Counted from the stretch's first letter, positions 28,101 to 41,059 are shown. The stretch is 64,000 nt of DNA from Lingula anatina (GCA_051362555.1 CM120646.1:4960001-5024000), one strand, 5' to 3'. The notes: a model not told the origin generated them from the letters alone. Program-made: numbers and translations.

Positions 28101-30797
28101 TTTCTCTCTTCAAAGTTCCTTTTCTGTTCCTATTCCCTATATTGATTAAAATGTGTTCAGGCAACTGACAGAATAAAGTGAATTATTTTCATTAATTTCA
28201 ACCTACTGGTGCACACGTCTCTTTCTTTCCTTTTTTTACACAGTCACTAGACAAATCAGATGCATAAAAAGTGAAAATAAGGGGAAATATTCAAAATTTT
28301 CAACCGTGTAGGCTTCTTTCTCCTGATCAGATATTTTTATTATCAATTTTTACATTATCAACACTGTTAAATAAAAACAGACTCATAACCAAAATATTCT
28401 TTACATTCATACTGAAAACCATGACCTTCTACTCAAGACTATAAACCATTTCTTCCTAACGGTGCTCAGTTTACCGGGTTACCGATAATAAAGTTCAAAA
28501 TGCGTAGATCGACCATTAATCTTGTAACTCTCAATTAAATATTCCCCTCAAATAAAGGAAATCAATAGTGACAAATATGCAGAAAATGTGTTACTGCCTA
28601 GGTGTATATGGAAGAGCATGGAAGAGCATGGAAAATCACTACTCTCTCCTCCTGTTTCCATTCAGCTTGCACTTCAACATCATCTATCTTCGCAACCTCT
28701 TGAACGGTGTGAATGTTGCCACGATCAGATGTCAGAGCCTTGGAAGAGCAGTAGTATGTTTTCAGTAAAAACACTGACCCAAATCTTACAACATCTAAAC
28801 ATTATCAAAAGGAGCCTTCAGTTTAAACCTAATATGCACCCTTAAGCTTTCAGGCAAATGTCAGTGTGTTAGGATAAAGTGAGTTTTCTCTATCGTAGCT
28901 AAGTGGCGCTGTTGAAATGAATCTGCCCTGAGTCACTATGCGTTACTTTGGTGAAAACAGAAGTTTTACGGGCTCAGGTCTCATGGACAGAGGGGGGGGG
29001 GCTTTAGGAATCAGAGGGGACTCTACGAAAGAACCACCCTTTTGACTCAAAAATTTCCATTCTGAATCAAAATTTAATCTAGGTGCTTTGCAATTTCTCA
29101 ACTTGGGATAATTAAGAAGGTAAAGGGGTCCACTTTTTTTAGACCACCCCCCTTCCTAGAAATTGCTGGCTAAAGGCCTCACAAGTTTGTGGAATAAAGA
29201 TTGCCTCAACATCAAATACCTAGAGAAAACAGAGAACACATTGTAAACAAGGCATTGAAAATAATACTGCCAAAAAGATATACATTCTCTTAAGAAAACA
29301 AAACAAAAGTAAACTTAAAACAAAAGCTAAATTCCACCAAAATATTGTCTGTTCATAATATGCCACAAAAGTAATCAAACAAAGGGTTTTTAAAAGAGAT
29401 CAGCGAATACCTCTAACAGAAAATCTGACCAGAGGTATAAAGTCCCAGGTTTAAAATAAATAACTTTTTTTTCCTTATTTTTTTCATAAAGCTTTAGTAA
29501 CATAGTGTTACACTGCACAAAGATGTAGGAGTGGAGACAACAAAGCCAGAGGTATTAGACTTCCTAGGACAATAGTAATAGTATTAGCGTCACTTTATCG
29601 CAGGACATGTTGCAATGCCAGATATGTGGTGTTATGATACAGCATTTCATGGCGTAGAATGAGAGAGTACAGAGTGAGAAAGATAACACTTCATGTGACA
29701 CCTGGGCAAACGACTTCTGTTACTGAGCCAAACATAAAAATACATTCATCACAAACGTGGCTGAGAAATCCAGAATGCAGACAAAATATTTCCATACGTC
29801 TCTCCGTAATAAAAGGGCTTTTCTATCATCCAAGCATCCATCTGCATTCAAAAACATTGGAAAGCATCAAACATCTTGCCAAAATGACCGTCTTTTCTAA
29901 CATAAGTCACTGTACAGAGGTAACTTTAGTGTTATATTTTTGATAGAACAATATGGAGCAAGTGATTTGTTAGGACAGAATTTCTCACTGTTCTCATTTA
30001 CCCATATTTTCTACATTAGAGATAGATTCTTGCTGTTTACAGGTGCTATTCTGTTGTTAATAAAACATTCAACAATAGGCCTTTACATTTTGAGCACTGT
30101 CATGTTGAAAACTCTGTTACAATTATATTTTTCACGAGATAAAAAGAAAAACAACAATTTGAATTATATTTTTCACAGTTGACGATGGGGGGGGGGGTTT
30201 GAAAATTGTGACACCAGACTCAGCACTTCCTTTTAACAACCATCAATATAATCAAATGAGACAAGAGATACCAAAGCAGATGTACCATCCATTCTCCTGT
30301 CATCAGATGTATTCAAGTTTGAAGTGCCTACTTCTGAATTATGCAATGGCTAAATAAAGATGTGGGTATGGGAGGGGGAAGGGGGTGCTCCTGAGTACCA
30401 GTGTAACTGGATAATCCATTCATTTAAGAGCAAAGAGGCAGATGACCTGAATGACATAACCTAAATAGTGGGATGTAGACCCTGGCAGAGGTATATAGAC
30501 AGACCCTGACAGTGAGCAGTTCTACACAACAATGCCATTTTGGATATGGCATGCCTCCAAAAACACTCCCTTTCGACAAATAAGATCTATTTACAAGAAA
30601 GATAGACACCATCATGGCCTGCTCAAATACCTGGCCTTAGACGTGTTCTTGGGCCTAAGTATTTGAATTGTGGTGTCCTTGATTTGTAGTATGAATAAAC
30701 ATTGTCATGCTTTACCTGGTGTGACAGATTCCAGTATCCATGGCAACAGCAGGTAACAGGATAACAGCCACTGCATGTGACACATGGGTAACTCCAT
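3797..30797 (-). CDS. ihog: Multi-exon gene, 3'-partial: Ihog/BOC/CDON-family Ig+FN3 cell-surface Hedgehog co-receptor-like protein. join(30797-30716,20923-20642,20281-20117,19707-19564,11987-11814,8262-8152,7601-7443,6678-6493,6024-5824,5504-5355,4192-3797)
   Basis: Eleven exons splice in frame via canonical GT..AG phase-1 introns into about 683 aa with no stop. Ig2 reads EGNTAVIPCEIP...PSGNLHI and lacks the core Trp, Ig3 reads LECAVGGSPVPRVSW, and the FN3 reads FKVQY...YKFRIAAVYSN. All resemble BOC/CDON/Drosophila Ihog as I recall them; no database search was run. TM and cytoplasmic exons are not in the window. Confidence 0.8.
4333..4381. repeat. Imperfect (TG)n microsatellite
   Basis: Direct reading. 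Confidence 0.9.
5355..5504 (-). CDS. ihog: Exon: FN3 domain, C-part plus acidic linker (GIPYKFRIAAVYSNG...PDDGP)
   Basis: cctccctag acceptor, gtgagg donor, 150 nt. Confidence 0.9.
5824..6024 (-). CDS. ihog: Exon: FN3 domain, N-part (GVLPPTMPEV...LKWSVP...FKVQY...LQGLRT)
   Basis: tttttcag acceptor, gtaaat donor, 201 nt, FN3 W/Y/L signature. Confidence 0.9.
6493..6678 (-). CDS. ihog: Exon: Ig domain 4, C-half plus G/S/E linker (DTSITV...SGIWQCLVSN...SSSSQ)
   Basis: gttttcag acceptor. Donor A|gtaatg is weaker but keeps phase 1. 186 nt. Confidence 0.85.
7443..7601 (-). CDS. ihog: Exon: Ig domain 4, N-half (VPPEITNAP...FHCETYG...QWVHDG...IQVQ)
   Basis: gattcag acceptor, gtaaga donor, 159 nt. 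Confidence 0.92.
7937..8091. mobile_element. hAT-like MITE, 155 bp
   Basis: Ends cattgtt / aacactg. 8-bp flanks tctggaat / gctggaat match 7 of 8. Confidence 0.55.
8152..8262 (-). CDS. ihog: Exon: Ig domain 3, C-half (GTLLIENVQIQDIGTYICSGDN...VDVL)
   Basis: gattctag acceptor, gtgagc donor, 111 nt. Confidence 0.92.
9941..10108 (+). mobile_element. 168-bp MITE family, copy A (CAGGGGCRGAT TIR)
   Basis: TIR caggggcagat / atccgcccctg, ataca on both flanks, homologous to 51691-51858 and 45548-45706. Confidence 0.88.
11814..11987 (-). CDS. ihog: Exon: Ig domain 3, N-half (PLANVGPHF...LECAVGGSPVPRVSWDK...QEF)
   Basis: attccag acceptor, gtaagt donor, 174 nt. Confidence 0.93.
16392..16552. mobile_element. 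MITE with CAGGCCT(G/A)TTG TIR; related decayed copies near 28976-29179 and 38950-39023
   Basis: TIR caggcctattg / caacaggcctg. Internal similarity to the 29.0-29.2 kb segment (tctgaat-aaaattt, tttctcaa, tccac-tttt, aggcct end). Confidence 0.55.
18861..18969. mobile_element. Possible short decayed MITE
   Basis: Imperfect inverted ends cagggtcagatttcact / agtgaaatccacactg. No TSD seen. Confidence 0.3.
19564..19707 (-). CDS. ihog: Exon: Ig domain 2, C-half (ERYKLHPSGNLHIGAVRQSDQGLYSCIVKNTVSGKKKDSTKQIQLKIS)
   Basis: Read by hand; the ORF track recovers only its last 20 codons in frame. ttccag acceptor, gtaagt donor, 144 nt, DxGxYxC motif. Confidence 0.92.
20117..20281 (-). CDS. ihog: Exon: Ig domain 2, N-half (RLGHF...EGNTAVIPCEIP...DKST)
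   Basis: ttttaaag acceptor, gtaggt donor, 165 nt, in frame with both neighbours. Confidence 0.9.
20642..20923 (-). CDS. ihog: Exon: Ig domain 1 (EVLPSFVVEP...LSCQV...IRWKYNG...AGTYMC...KLHRA)
   Basis: tttacag acceptor, gtaagt donor, 282 nt, canonical Ig C-W-YxC pattern. Confidence 0.93.
22821..22994. repeat. Tandem direct duplication of an 86-bp unit
   Basis: caaataggatgccacataggactt... starts at 22821 and again at 22907 with few mismatches. Confidence 0.93.
30716..30797 (-). CDS. ihog: First coding exon: signal peptide MELPMCHMQWLLSCYLLLPWILESVTP (exon 30716-30873 including 5'UTR)
   Basis: Acceptor ttattttcgcag just above 30873, ATG at 30797, hydrophobic core, donor G|gtaaag. The phase-1 G joins AA of the next exon to give E-V-L-P. 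Confidence 0.8.
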
Positions 30798-31440
30798 ACT
30801 GCTTGGCTTTGGACAACTTGGGTTTAGTGGTTTTAGCGTCTCTCTGCTGTTTTTATTGTCTCAGCTTCATCTCCTGCGAAAATAAATGAAATCAATTGAA
30901 ACAACATTATTGATATTATTGTTGTGGTGTTATGAAACAGCAATCATGAGAAGTACCTGCCAAAGGGACTCCTTAATGTCATTATTAAATGTCACTGCAG
31001 GTATTATTATACCTTAAAGGCATTATGGAATGGCTTATCCATTAATAGTAAACAAAGATATCTAAAATATGTGTCATGTTACTGTAAGACATAAAGATCT
31101 GCCATTTTTACTGTAAGAGCTGGAACATATGATTCTTTGTCTTTTCTTACTTACTTATAATAAAACAGTAAATGACACCAATACTTGTAACTAACTGCAT
31201 GTAAATCAAAACATGCAAAATTATATTTAACTATATCTTTGAATACAACAAAGGTACAGATATATCACCATTGTTACTGCTGCAATTGCATCCTTTTCTA
31301 CCAGATTTTGTCTCCACAGAGACGTATTCACTACATACTGACACAGCAGCAGACAGATAGTGCTATGATGCATTTGCTACAATATATGTTGATGTGCACC
31401 TTAAATACAGGTATGTAAGGACTCTTTGAGTTTATGAAAT

Positions 31441-31454
31441 GTTACCATGGCAAC
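31441..31454. promoter_or_regulatory. RFX X-box GTTACCATGGCAAC (further matches at 6953-6966 and 16028-16041)
   Basis: Matches the GTYNCYATRGNAAC consensus. Function untested. Confidence 0.45.
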
Positions 31455-34400
31455 CATCAAATCCACACATCCTTGTATTCAACATGTGACCAAGGTCCTC
31501 TGATGAAAGGTCGATAATGGCATGCTTCAATTGGAAGAAAACATGTTCTGTCTCTTTAGAAACTGTTACACTTTTCTCTTTTTTACCGTCATTACACAAG
31601 CTCCATTGCCAAACCAATCTCACTCTCCTCTTTCCAGTGTATCAGCTATCATTCACCAAGATGCCATGTGATTCATCTCCAGTGTGAACTGAATCAATAA
31701 TCCGCACTCTTTACAAATGTCAACATATTCAAATCAACTGACAATGCCTTGTGAATGAGACTCCTAGTGGGAGGGGGTGATCTCTATACTGAATCTACAG
31801 AATTTTATTCCAAGATATTTACAAGCTCTGCAATATATAATTTCTTGAACTGTGGCAACTGACCTTGAAAGAAGTCTCTCCTTTTCTATTCTGACACTTT
31901 CGTATCTGATCCTCTCCACCCCCCACCCCCCCAAAAAAAGCTAAAATCAAGGCTTGCAGCAAAGAGATATTTATACAGTATAAGGCCATGTCTTGTTTTA
32001 AAAAGGACCTTCAATTCAATATATATCCAATGCAATTACCACTATTATCAAAGATTCTTGTTATCTCTTTTTCTAAATTCCATCTATAAAACTGTGAGTC
32101 ACACTGTCACAAAGAAGTCACAATAACTAGGTGTCACACTTCTAATCAAATTCTGGTCACCAAGAAGTCCCCCAGCTATGGACTGCTGAAGGCCTTTCCT
32201 ATATAATACCCTACACACCGTCTTGGCTTCATTACTCAGATCAATTACAGTCTACAGCTAATTACCGACTTCATTATCATTCAAACTCCAGTGAACAAAC
32301 CAATAACTTAATCCTCACTCTCTCTCTGGAGGGCTCACTCTTGCTGTGTTTATGTTCTGACCATATATATATACAGACTCCAGGGCACCTTGGCCGCATT
32401 CACAACCAAAACTGATCCGTGGACAAACAGGTCCATGGATCAAATATGGCCGATCAACTTGTTCTGAACGCACCCTTTCATTGGCATACCTGGACCCTAG
32501 CCAGATAGATTCTTATTCAGCATATTAAAGAATCAAATTACAAATTGTTCTTAGTATTGTGTCACACATCAGAGGTACAAAAGATCTTTTGGGACAGAAT
32601 TTTAGAGACAAATTTGGTCCCCAACTTCAGTTCTGGACAAATCTGCAGCAATCTCTTCTAAACCAGAGAAACTGTTCTGAAAATCTGCCCAATTTTCTGA
32701 ATATGAATTGCAATTTAGCATGAGAATATTCCTATGTCATAAATCGGGGGGAAAAGTCTGGCATTTTGTGAAAAACCTCTGAAAATATGGCATTGGTACC
32801 AGACCTACCCCTTCCCCTCCTAAGTATTTATTGCAGATCTGCATATATCTCAAAAATTATAGTTTTGGTTCCCAAACAAGTCAGAAAAATCTCATCCCTG
32901 ATAAATATCTTCAAGCCTTGTCTGGAAATGCACCGAGAGTCCTGAATATGGATTGCCATTTTGCATGAGGTGCTCTGCATGACATAATTGACTGTGAGCA
33001 ATGATCAGACTCTGGTGACAGGCTCCCACATTAGTGACACATCCAATTAAACTCCTTGCAAAAATCAAGAGGCTGGATTAATGAGTCAGTCAATATAAAT
33101 TCATCTCAGTGTGGGATGTGTTTCTCCAAATAAGCAGACTATATTGGGTTTTAGTACATTGTTAACACAGCATCCAGGGGCAGGATTTATGACTGGTAGT
33201 TTTCCAGGTAAAAAAAAATGTCCCTGTGCTGAGATAGCATTACATCTAATAAAGAGAAATCACCTGGAAGTGAGAGAGGAAGACAAGAAATAGGTGACCA
33301 TCCCCACTACCATGTAAACTATGATAGGATTGTCTTGAATCAAGAGCAGACTAACTGAAAACAATCAGTAACACATTTGCTTAAAGAGACACACAAGATA
33401 TTTATGCAATAAAAAATAAAATTATTATTTTATTACTATCTTTATTATTTTTTCCTGAACATTTTAGCACATTTTTCCTAATCACCAAGGCAAACTCGAT
33501 CTGCCCCAAACTCTGGTAAAAATTGCATTTCCCCAGTTCAAAATTTCTGATCTCTCCCTCCACAATAATTATCCATCCATCTTCATCTCACTAACGAGAA
33601 TGACAAAAAATTAGAAATCTAGAACCAAAAATCGAGTTTATAGACCATAATTTGCATGGATATCATCAATAACAATTACTTACCACATAATAAACTCATT
33701 TCCAGGCTTCTGATTATGTACCTGACATACCAACCAACATTAAAGAACTTACCTATTTCCTTCCAGGAAAATCTCTTAGGCTACGACAAGAGTTGGGTTT
33801 CACTGTAGAAAATCAATTTCCTCAATTTCAGTCAGAGAAATTAAATGACAACCTGTGATTACCAGGAGACGTAGCAGACAACATGCATGTTTTCGTGAAA
33901 GCTCAACTCCGCAGAGAAACCCTAGCTGATCATGAGTCACTCAAGGGATTAAAAAATCAATAAAATCCATCAAAGTACTCTGATATTATGATATTTTAAA
34001 AGGGTACTTTTTGTAGCATTGCTGCTAGCTTTCTTTATCTGCAAGAGGTATTTGCTGAACTCCTACAGCAAAGATTGCAATACGAAGTCAAGTCTCACTC
34101 TGAGCCATCAAAGATTTCCTCTGTGCAATGTCATTCAAGTCAAAAATTTCAACTCCAGATACTGAGCACCTACTGCACCATCCAAAGGTATTTTTTGTCA
34201 CAAACTATTGCCTCTTTAATCCAAAGTGACAACTAATGCCACTCTTTTTTTTATATAAATCATCTTATCAGGTTTTGTCACAGGTAGAGCATGATCTCAA
34301 TGTGTTTACCCATAACAGAATGGTTCTAAAACTAAAAATAAACCCATCTTAAATTTTTTTTGTTAGTATCTGAAGTCACTCACTGGTGCACTGACACCAA

Positions 34401-34677
34401 TGTAATCACTAAGGCAAACTGGTTTCGACACAATATTATATTATGGGTGCATATTAAATTATGATTCTCAATTAAGTTGCTCACATTCTCCCTGCTGAAC
34501 AACTTTCGACCCCATTTGAAGGCGCATAATTCTATTTGGGAAATGTGCACTTGACTTACAAAAGGTGTCCGCTTCCAGTCTGGAATTTCATGTGCAAATC
34601 ACCGCCAGTTATGACAGCAGACCTGTGTAACTCTCAAAAATTACAGCAATGTCTTTTAAGTCGCCGCAGAGTCGTGG

Positions 34678-34861
34678 AACATGATTGACAGGCATAATTC
34701 CAATCTTTCTTCTTTGCCCTTTTCCATCTCCTTGAGCAAACTAATTCCTCTGTTCACCAAGCAGCAACATTCAAATTACGCAATTTGCTCTGCGAAGCAA
34801 ATACAAAGCCACTGTTTTGAATTGGACACAAAGGCAAACATGATTGACAGGCGTAATTCCA
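34678..34861. promoter_or_regulatory. Pair of 25-bp direct repeats, each with the Pbx/Meis(Prep) decamer TGATTGACAG followed by TAAT
   Basis: aacatgattgacaggcRtaattcca at 34678-34702 and 34837-34861. Confidence 0.5.
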
Positions 34862-37800
34862 CACTTAACTTTAAGTCCTTCAGACTAGAGTGAGCAATCG
34901 TTCTGGCAGAAATGTCATCAAACCGTGTGCAGTCACCAGAACTGACAGTGCTCATTCCGTCCCTGATCCGCTCTTTCATATCGCAATTCAGACTCCGCCA
35001 AGTGTGCGCCCTCTCATCTACTCTAATGTGACAAAACACTCATTGTTCCCAGCTATCCCTGCTTCACTGATAGGAACACCTCCGGGGCTTGGGGGCCAGG
35101 CCCACAATAGAAACATTCAAGTGAACTCTGCAGCCTCGCAGAATGGAAGAAAGAAACATTTGGATACAGGGTATAGTCCTGGAGTATAGACGTGACATAA
35201 TGGGGGGAAAATACTGCTCCATTCTGGAACGGTTGGCTTAAGTTCACACAAAGGGGCATTGCATTCAGATTTCAATGCGTGGCGCCGGGGTCTTTAGTGT
35301 TTCCCCCTACCCCTCACCTGCATTGGCATAGGAAGAGAAACAAGCACACGTGCACAAGCCAGGAAATAACCGCAGCAGATGCAAACATCGAATGAATTTA
35401 AGGGCAGTTGTCTGAGAACCAAACTTGATTCACTTGGTTAACTTCCCACACTCAAAAGAACAGTGAAAGGAGTAGTTAACCGCTCCAACAAACCCACGAT
35501 TCCAAATGTTCCTCGAAAAAGACACTGAATCCAATTTTCCCATATTTGTTTTGCAATCTTGAAAAGATCATTTGGTGCTTTCCAGGTAAGCAGAACATCT
35601 TTTAACAAGGCTGCAAATAAGGTGTCACTTTCAAAGCGATAGGAAGTTACCACTCACAGACAACCTGCACTAGCTACTATTCTAGAATCTCTCTTTCATG
35701 CACAGTGGTCAATTTCTCTCTCATCTGACACAAATAACCTTCATTTTATTTTCACATTTTTAAGTTTAATAATTATTGCACATCAAAAATAAAACAAAAT
35801 GTTTCACTTGATTCATCTTTTAACATTCTGTCCACTGACTATTTCATCGAGGAAAAGAAAGTCTAAATATCACTTTTATCATTTTTTGCCATGGCCCAAA
35901 CTTTGCACATACGTTCTAACCGTATTAACTGAAATAAATACAACCTACCCCATAGTCTACAGAAACAATTTCAAAAAGTTATCTTCCACTAGCACTTGTG
36001 AATCTGCTACACAACAGGAAAATCCACTTACAATCAGTCCTTAATTTCTAAACTAATTACCAGTCCACAATCGCTTTATCTCTGGTAATTGCCAACAATG
36101 ACACGACTAAGTGTGTACAATTTCAGCATCCATTTCCATTAATTGTATTAGATACGCAATTCCAGTGTTCCTGAATGATTAGTTTTAGTGCCTGCTGTGA
36201 TCAACTATCATCATCCCATTTTTTTTTTTTTTTTTTTTTTTGCTAATACATATCACCAGTTTTAATTTCTATCAACCCATCTTTCTTTTAACTGGTCTAA
36301 TAAATGTCAAAACTGTTCTCATCTGATATTTATGTCCCTCGATAACTGCAACTACATATTTTATTCCAACATCCCATACACCTGTCAAACCGTCAAAAAC
36401 AAAACATTTCATTCACTCTACATTTGGACAGACAGAAAATCCTTAGAATTATGTTGGCATTACCTTCAAGGATACAATCCCTACCATGGTGGAAGTCCTC
36501 ATTGAAGAGCAATCATGTTTAACAGCCCACTTACTCTAAAACACTTTGATATCATGGAAGATGAGCTACTAGCAGATGTCATATTGAAACAAGGCCTTTC
36601 CTACTCATGTAACACATCTATCATGACTTTGTCAGATCAAAGAGAAGTGTCTGGAGGTGTTGGCAATAAACCTTCCAGTGCATCTTTCTTTGAAGCAATG
36701 CCTTCCATGGGAGAAATCAAAGGCAACAGAACACATCCTACACAATGTCAGAGTAGGGACATTCCCCACTAAAATACTCCATGTTGATGAAAGGTCATAG
36801 TGTCCAAGAGTTGTTTATAATTGAGTCAGTACCCAAGGCCAAGAACATTTGGCAAGGTCAAGGTTACTATTTCAAGAACACAGGTACACTTCTTCTGCCT
36901 TTTCTGGATGAGTTTCTGCTTGTCTTCTGGAGTAATATATTTGAATAACTACCTCAGAATGCACATCCACAAAATCACTCCCTGAGAGTTATGATGTGAA
37001 TAGTGTTCCCTTCCTGAAGGCTCATTTAGTACAATATAATATAGAGTGGAACCCATGGAGTTTATAAATGAAATAATCCATTACCAAGAATGTTCAATGC
37101 AATCAAAAAGGCCGTAACTAGATACAAAGAAGCCCTAAAATAGCCAAACCCTTTTCGCAGATTAGCCGTTCTTTGGTGGTTGTGATAAATCTGAAAAGTT
37201 AGAGGTATTCAGGACATGGTTCACGGCCTTATTACCACAGATAGGTGCCCAGCCGCTACATTTCTCTCACCACCTTGGCTGACAAAACTGTTTCATCCAT
37301 GTGCTCTGATCAAAAGGAACTTCTCCTGATTGAAGAGGAGTTTTTAATCAATGGTGTTCAGACTATTAGATGATTTCTGAAGGTCAAATATGTACAGAAT
37401 GTTACTAGCGTGACTATCTTAGTGAAAAATCAAGCAAGAACATACACATCTGCATACTTTGAAGCTCTTGTGATTATAAAAGTAACCATTTAAAAATATT
37501 AATATTTCAAGCAACTGTACTATGAATGCTTATACCAAATGGGCGGCATAATTTCTATACATAGCATATACCCAAATAAAAAGAATACTATATAATATAA
37601 TAATAATAACAATAAAATTTAAGAAACTAAGAAACAAAATGCTTTATCTTCACAAGTGATCAATGAATGTTGCTGTATGGTTCAATCCAACAGACATCTC
37701 TCTCAGCTATTTTTATACCACCTAGATAAAACCTGGTAACAACCCCAACAAGAACATTACATAAACAAAACAAGCACTACATCATGGAAATGGCCCACTA

Positions 37801-39134
37801 ATATACCACAACTATTCTGCTGGGCCTCTTCCAGGAATTATATAACCACATTCAGGAATTGCAGATATACTTCTGGGAATTGCACACACATTTCTAGGAT
37901 TGCCAAACTGGCAGAAGTATTCATGATGAAGTACCAGCTGCAAGAACACTGCAACATCTTGTATAGTTTTTTGATCTGCTATTCACAATTTTTTTTTCCT
38001 ATGGCTTAAACAGTACACTAGGCACAAATGTTATTTAGGCCCTGTGTCTAAATATCAATTATGCATGGCAGCCAACATTACCCATGTAACATACCATTAA
38101 ACAGAAAAAATAACAAAAATTACCATTCATTTTTTTTTTGTACTAATACTTCCATTTTTTTTATTGTGCAACTTAAACAGATGACTTTATAAATAAATTG
38201 AATACAAGGTAATAAAAAGCATAATGTACAGGTATACTTCTCTCACTCCACCCAGCTCCTGTTTCTTCCCAATCATCAACAAAGCCATACAGAAGGGAGA
38301 TAAACAAGCACATAAAACTAGACTACCTTCCAATCTAGCATTATTAACACCGTTTACCTGTAATACTTTTATGCGGACACTTAGGTATAAATCAGCTGGC
38401 GGTGAAAACCCACATGAATCACTAGTGAATGGAATTGGCAACCTTTTTACTCTGCCCTGGTATTATGCGGTATGATACAGATGTGGGAACTTCGACTGCC
38501 TTTTCTTGCTGAAAGTGCCCTTGGAAGGAAATGAATGGTGAAGGGAGGAAGGAGGAAAGGAAGGGAATTTATCTAGCAGAATCTGCTATCGTTACAAATA
38601 TCTTCAGTGCAGGAGTTTATCCAAGATTTTGAAATAAGGTGTTCAGATCCATTTTCATATTGAGACAGGCCATACAGGAGCTTCAATAAGAAAAGTCTTT
38701 TTTATTTAAATGGCCGTCCAAAACTGAAATTGGGTTATCCAAAAGACAGCTGGAAAATTGCCTGCCTAATGCCCTGCTTTAGTGGCAATTGGCAAATTCA
38801 GCTCTAAAAGAAAACTTCTCAAAATTCAGTGTCAAGTTTTGCAACATGTCTTATGCAGATCATAAAACCTACTAGATTGAACAAGCCTCTCATTGGCAAC
38901 AAGCAACATTGGATCTACAAGTAGGTTCTATGCCATTCTTAAAACTGTGTCAACTAAGGGGGTGAAATGGCCCAATTTTTCAACTCCCCCTCCCCAACTT
39001 CTGAAATTGCTGGTACAGGCCTGCCACACCATGTTGATTCAGAAGTAGCTTTTCACAGCCTTCAACTCTTTAAAACACAACCTCTACCCAGTCTATTGTA
39101 ATAACTCCCTACCTATCCATATGACTACAGCATC

Positions 39135-39169
<35 letters not shown>

Positions 39170-40968
39170 CACCTCCATCCTGTCAATACATTAGTCTGAC
39201 TTATCACCTACTAAAACCCCCTCATTAGACCCACTCAGTGCCTGGGCCTAGGGGCAGGGGACAAGTTCCACAAAATCACATCAGACCGAGTATCGGTCTG
39301 AACTTTTAAACCAACTTTATATGAAATAATGCATCTGTTTTGTGCCAAGAAAGGAACAGCAACTGTTTTGGACCAATGTTTGCTAATTTTAGCAGACTAC
39401 TGCAGATCTTTCCTGCTCTGATATTATAGATGAAAAGTTTGGTTTACAGCAAGTTCTAGTTTCGTGTTTATTGGTGAAACCCTCTTCTGTAAGAAGATTG
39501 ATTCCCCAGTCACAGATATTACATGCCCTTACACCACAATTACACTGATTTATGCCAGCTACAGGCTGCTAATACATCGCTGCAAAAAAACTAAAGGAAT
39601 AAAAATGTGTTTTTGGCAAACCAAGTTGCTGACTCACTACCATAAACTTTTTACCTCTTAACCAAGAAGATGGCAAAATCAACACTTTTCCACATTTTTA
39701 CCTCTGCCAATGAAAGTTGTTTCACCAATGCTGGTTTGGTGATTTGTTAGTGAACAAGGCACATCAATATATTTCATAATAGCTAATATTTTCACACTTT
39801 GCCAGGTGGTTTAGAATGCTCTCTAGCTTGACTCATTAAAACTAGTAAAACATCACATGCTAACAACCTCGTATATCAAACAATAACTCAACAGCATCAT
39901 GCTTCAAAATACCTTCCTATCCGCAAATACAGAAAAACACAAGAACAAGCCATCAATTTTTGAAAGCCAGGACCCTCTGTAATCCCTTACCGTCAAAATC
40001 TACCATCAAGATATTTCCAGTAGGTGTAGGCCTGCTAGTCAGCCTCCCTCTCCTTATTCCAACCAGGTAATGTTTTATAACATACCTGGTATGCAGGAGT
40101 CTCCCTCCTGACCACTAATGATGTATTTACGATCACATGGCAGCATAAATCCAATTAAAGCGAGGCCTAACACCTATAATTAATAATCTTTATCCTTTAG
40201 GGTTGTGCTGATGGTTATCTAGGAAGAGGATAACACTTGTAAAGGTTTTATGTGGTAATGAATGATAAGTTTGAGTGAGGACGGTAAGGGATGAGTGAGG
40301 ACAGTAAGGGGATATTTTGGCTGCATTATCTCTCTGAATTTAGAAATGTAAACATGTTCAAAGCAGGACTTATCTTAGACACATTGTGGATCTATATATA
40401 ACTTTATTTAAGATAAAAAAACTGAATCATAGTTGGATCTAAATCTGTCCTTGTGTGAACACGACTCACAGAAAATGAAATAAAGTCAGAAATGAAGTCC
40501 AACAGCTGAAGGGTCCAGGCCTTGGACATTCAATTAATTCACTCTCTACTTTGACCATGTGTCTTTTCTGTCTGTGTCAATTCCTATAATCTCCCCATAT
40601 GTTGTTTTATTGGAGGGCAGCTGCTCAGGAAAAGCCTTGCTTTTTTAGTCAATTTGATAACAGTCGTGTATGTGACAGCCTCTGTCAATGCCACTCTTAT
40701 TACACAACCAGAATTAATTAAATTTCCATCAACATTACTTGTTCCTTTCAAAGAAAGAAATAGCCTTATTCGTAACAATGTGGAAAAACCAAAAGTGATG
40801 CAATGAAATTTCATTAATGATAAGAAACCCATCTCAGAAAATCAAATATTTAGCAAACCTTTCTCAGAAAATCAAAAATTTGATCTAGGAAATAACAATC
40901 TATGGTTAATTTACTTCATCTATATTTCACTAAGTCAATTCTATTCTAATTTTTAATTTCTTCCTTTC

Positions 40969-40970
<2 letters not shown>

Positions 40971-41043
<73 letters not shown>

Positions 41044-41059
41044 GGGGGGGGGGGGAGGG
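40971..41059. repeat. Compound (TA)n-(T)n-(G)n simple repeat
   Basis: Direct reading. Confidence 0.95.

Noticed and set aside
29142-29150. GACCACCCC GLI-like site suggesting Hedgehog feedback
   Set aside because: One mismatch to GACCACCCA, and it lies within a decayed MITE copy.
33753-33802. Possible 50-nt 5'UTR micro-exon (ttctacag acceptor, AG|gtaagt donor)
   Set aside because: Splice-like motifs of this strength are expected by chance in 30 kb and there is no independent support.
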